Source: Pocillopora damicornis
Taxonomy: Eukaryota
Length of the DNA stretch: 64,000 nucleotides
Assembly (NCBI RefSeq): GCF_003704095.1
Contig: NW_020845867.1
Coordinates: 62,001-126,000 of the forward strand
Reading direction: 5' to 3'
The position numbers and the translations under genes were made by a program. Positions 61,437 through 64,000 of the stretch are shown one piece after another. A model generated the notes under the pieces. It saw only the letters and a list, made by a program, of their open reading frames with translations. It was not told where the DNA came from and did no database searches. Each line of letters opens with the position of its first letter. The stretch's first letter is position 1.

Positions 61437-64000
61437 CTTTTGTGTTCAAACTAAACACCTGTATCGGTAAAAATATCCTTTAAATCTTCGAGGAATAATG
61501 TGTAACTTCAAGTTTATCTACAAAGATTCTTTAATTTCTCAAATAATCCTTTAGCGTGCGAGCAAAACAAAAGCAGCCGGGAATTTTGCGAACAGCTCAA
61601 CATTTTCCTCTAATCAAATTCGCTGACACTCGCAGCAATAAAAAAAGTGCGCTTGTACAAGCCCATAAAAGCAATCCTGATTCGAGTCGTTTTGGGCACC
61701 ATAGCTCGGCCAAGGAGATTTAATTTCAACTCCGGACGGTTACTTTTCATCTATAAACAAACCTCTCTCGCAAACTTTATCCTTTGGTTTCGTGGCAACA
61801 AGAGGATTAGACATCCGCTAATCTGCATGATCGCTTGTTTCATTAAATGACCCCAGTGCTTGGCAAAACTTAACGTGTGAAATATGTTTTGACATCAAAT
61901 TGAATGCCAAATAATTTCCTAATGTAATTTGAAGGTATTTTAAGGCTTTCTAAGACAACTCTGTGAATGCAATTTGTAAATTTGGCGATAAAAAGTGGTG
62001 TTACTTGGTTGCAAACGACCGCAGAACTACCATGGAACAAGTTTTTGGCGATAATTACTGTACACAAATGCAATTTCATCCTATTAAAGAACCTATAACG
62101 TAAAGGAAAAAGCGGAACCAAGGTAACATTTAGAGTATCATAGTTAAAACCACCAAATCATAACCAAGTACGACCTTACATATACGTGATGAAGATGTCA
62201 AGTGACTTTCATTTGGCTCAATTAGTTTAGACATGACGAACGACTTGTGTATGATTCTACCTGCCAAAGACAAAACACCGATATCAAATCGAGTCACACC
62301 TTTGACGAGTAAGGCAGCAACGAAAAATTTCCTCCAATACCGGATAACACCGTAGGTACATCTAAGCGTTTTTTAGGCACATCAAGGTAATCGTTTATTT
62401 TACCTTAAAGAACTTCAGGAGAAAATGATTCAGATTTTAAGTTGTGTTTTTTCCTCGGTAGTGAGTTGTGAGTTACGGATTGTCAGTTGGTATCCAACTA
62501 GAGTTTTTCCAACGATGCCACTTGTGTATAAACTTACCTTTTTTTCGTTTTTCGGCGAGGAAAAGTGTTTCCTGATAAATTTTAAGGTGAGGTGAACTCG
62601 AACACAAAGTGCGCGATAAAAAGAGAAAATGGTAGGAATAAAGCTACCTTTGTATATCGTCATAGCTCGCAAAGATTTCAGCGAATATAAAAATTATCGA
62701 CCCACATCAAGGTGCATTACTATAAATGGTACCATCGACCGTTCAAGGTCACTTTTTCAGTCCGAAAATAGGTTTTCAACTACTGCCCGGGGTAAATTTT
62801 GCTTTGAAATTTAAGATAATAAAAAATGATGATTTACGGCCCTAGGGGCAAAGTGACATGAATGCCCCACGGTGATTTTTTCTTCATTTGCTTTTAACAA
62901 CTAAATTTTAAAAAAATGCAGCTTATAAAAGTTTTAACATTTTTAGCACAAGCCGTCAATGAGAATCAATGAGAAACTCAGACACCTTCTTTTTAATTAT
63001 ATCCTGAAAATTGATTGAATCTCGAAGCCAAAAAAAAGCTTCTCAAATCTGCATCATTGACTCCAGTAATTCCTTCTGAGTAACCTGATTGTGATATACC
63101 ATAGATGAACCATCTATGTGTTCTCCGCGGGCAACCAGAAGGAGTCTAATAGAGACTGAGAACGAGCGAGTGTCTCGAAAAGGGACTAGGCGCGAACCGT
63201 GCGGAGTCCCTCGAGCGCGAGGTTCGTGTCAGTTCCCTTGCTTCGAGTTGCGCGTGAAATAATTTCAAACAAAGATTAAAATTGTTTGGCTGCGAAAATG
63301 CACATCAAGAAAAAGATCGTGTTTTATGCTGGAACCAAGCATGCATGAAGACGAGATTAAGTTAAGCACCTCGCTGGACTTAGAACACGCTCAAGTCATG
63401 CGCGTAATATTGACATGTTTTTTAAGCAGTGGTCATATTTGCACCAACTGTTCCTGTAATTCCAAAAATGCAATTGCAGTTTTGAATAATAGGAGTGATG
63501 GAGGCCGGTAAAAGGTTGGACTGATCCGTCATAGAACTTTGAGGATCCAATGAAGATTACAGTCAAATTATAATATTTTTTTACGAGCTGAATCTTAATC
63601 CAAAACGTGCATATTTGCGGGAGTTCCCGGTAAAAGTGTGATTATGTATTTTCGTTAATACCCTGCGGCTTCCTACTTTGTTTGCCAAATTTCAAATCTA
63701 ACACCTTACCTCAAAATTCAACAAACCACCCCCAACATCACAAACAAAAAACAGATCGACATACAGAAATTACAGATCTAGTCTCCCGTGGTTTTTGTTT
63801 GGACCCAGTCAGGTGAGCAATCTTCCGATTTACTTTTTCTGTGAGTAGGTAATTTTTATGTACATTTCGAATAACAATTCTGTGACTGAGTGATCAGACT
63901 GTCCACAAAATAACTAAATTGGCGGCTCCGTTCCCAGCAAGCAGGTCGACTTTAAAGCACATTATTCATGACAAGGAATTATCTTGACGGTAAAAACACT

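Overview
AT-rich, intron-containing animal genomic DNA with five N-gaps. The gene and repeat content most resembles a cnidarian, probably a scleractinian coral (inference). Eight protein-coding genes can be assembled by hand from GT/GC-AG splice sites: the 3' part of TFDP1 (+), WDR53 (-) head-to-head with RBMX2 (+), a GPR180-like gene (-), two tandem 7-exon paralogs encoding type II membrane-anchored DUF885-family gluzincin-like metallopeptidases (+), an intronless Shaker/Kv1 subunit with regulatory ('silent') subunit hallmarks (+), and a 5-exon CNG channel subunit with an atypical pore (-). Non-coding DNA holds a 47-bp satellite interrupted by an internally deleted Harbinger element, a 5'-truncated R4/Dong-like retrotransposon inside a (TAA)n tract, many TTAA-CCC...GGG-TTAA piggyBac-type MITEs, other MITEs, tRNA-derived SINEs, and Penelope-type minimal hammerhead ribozymes (one intact, one CpG-decayed). 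The best candidate for an undescribed system is the pair of spliced, Cys- and sequon-rich, membrane-anchored DUF885 ectopeptidases. All family assignments come from motif recognition, not database searches.
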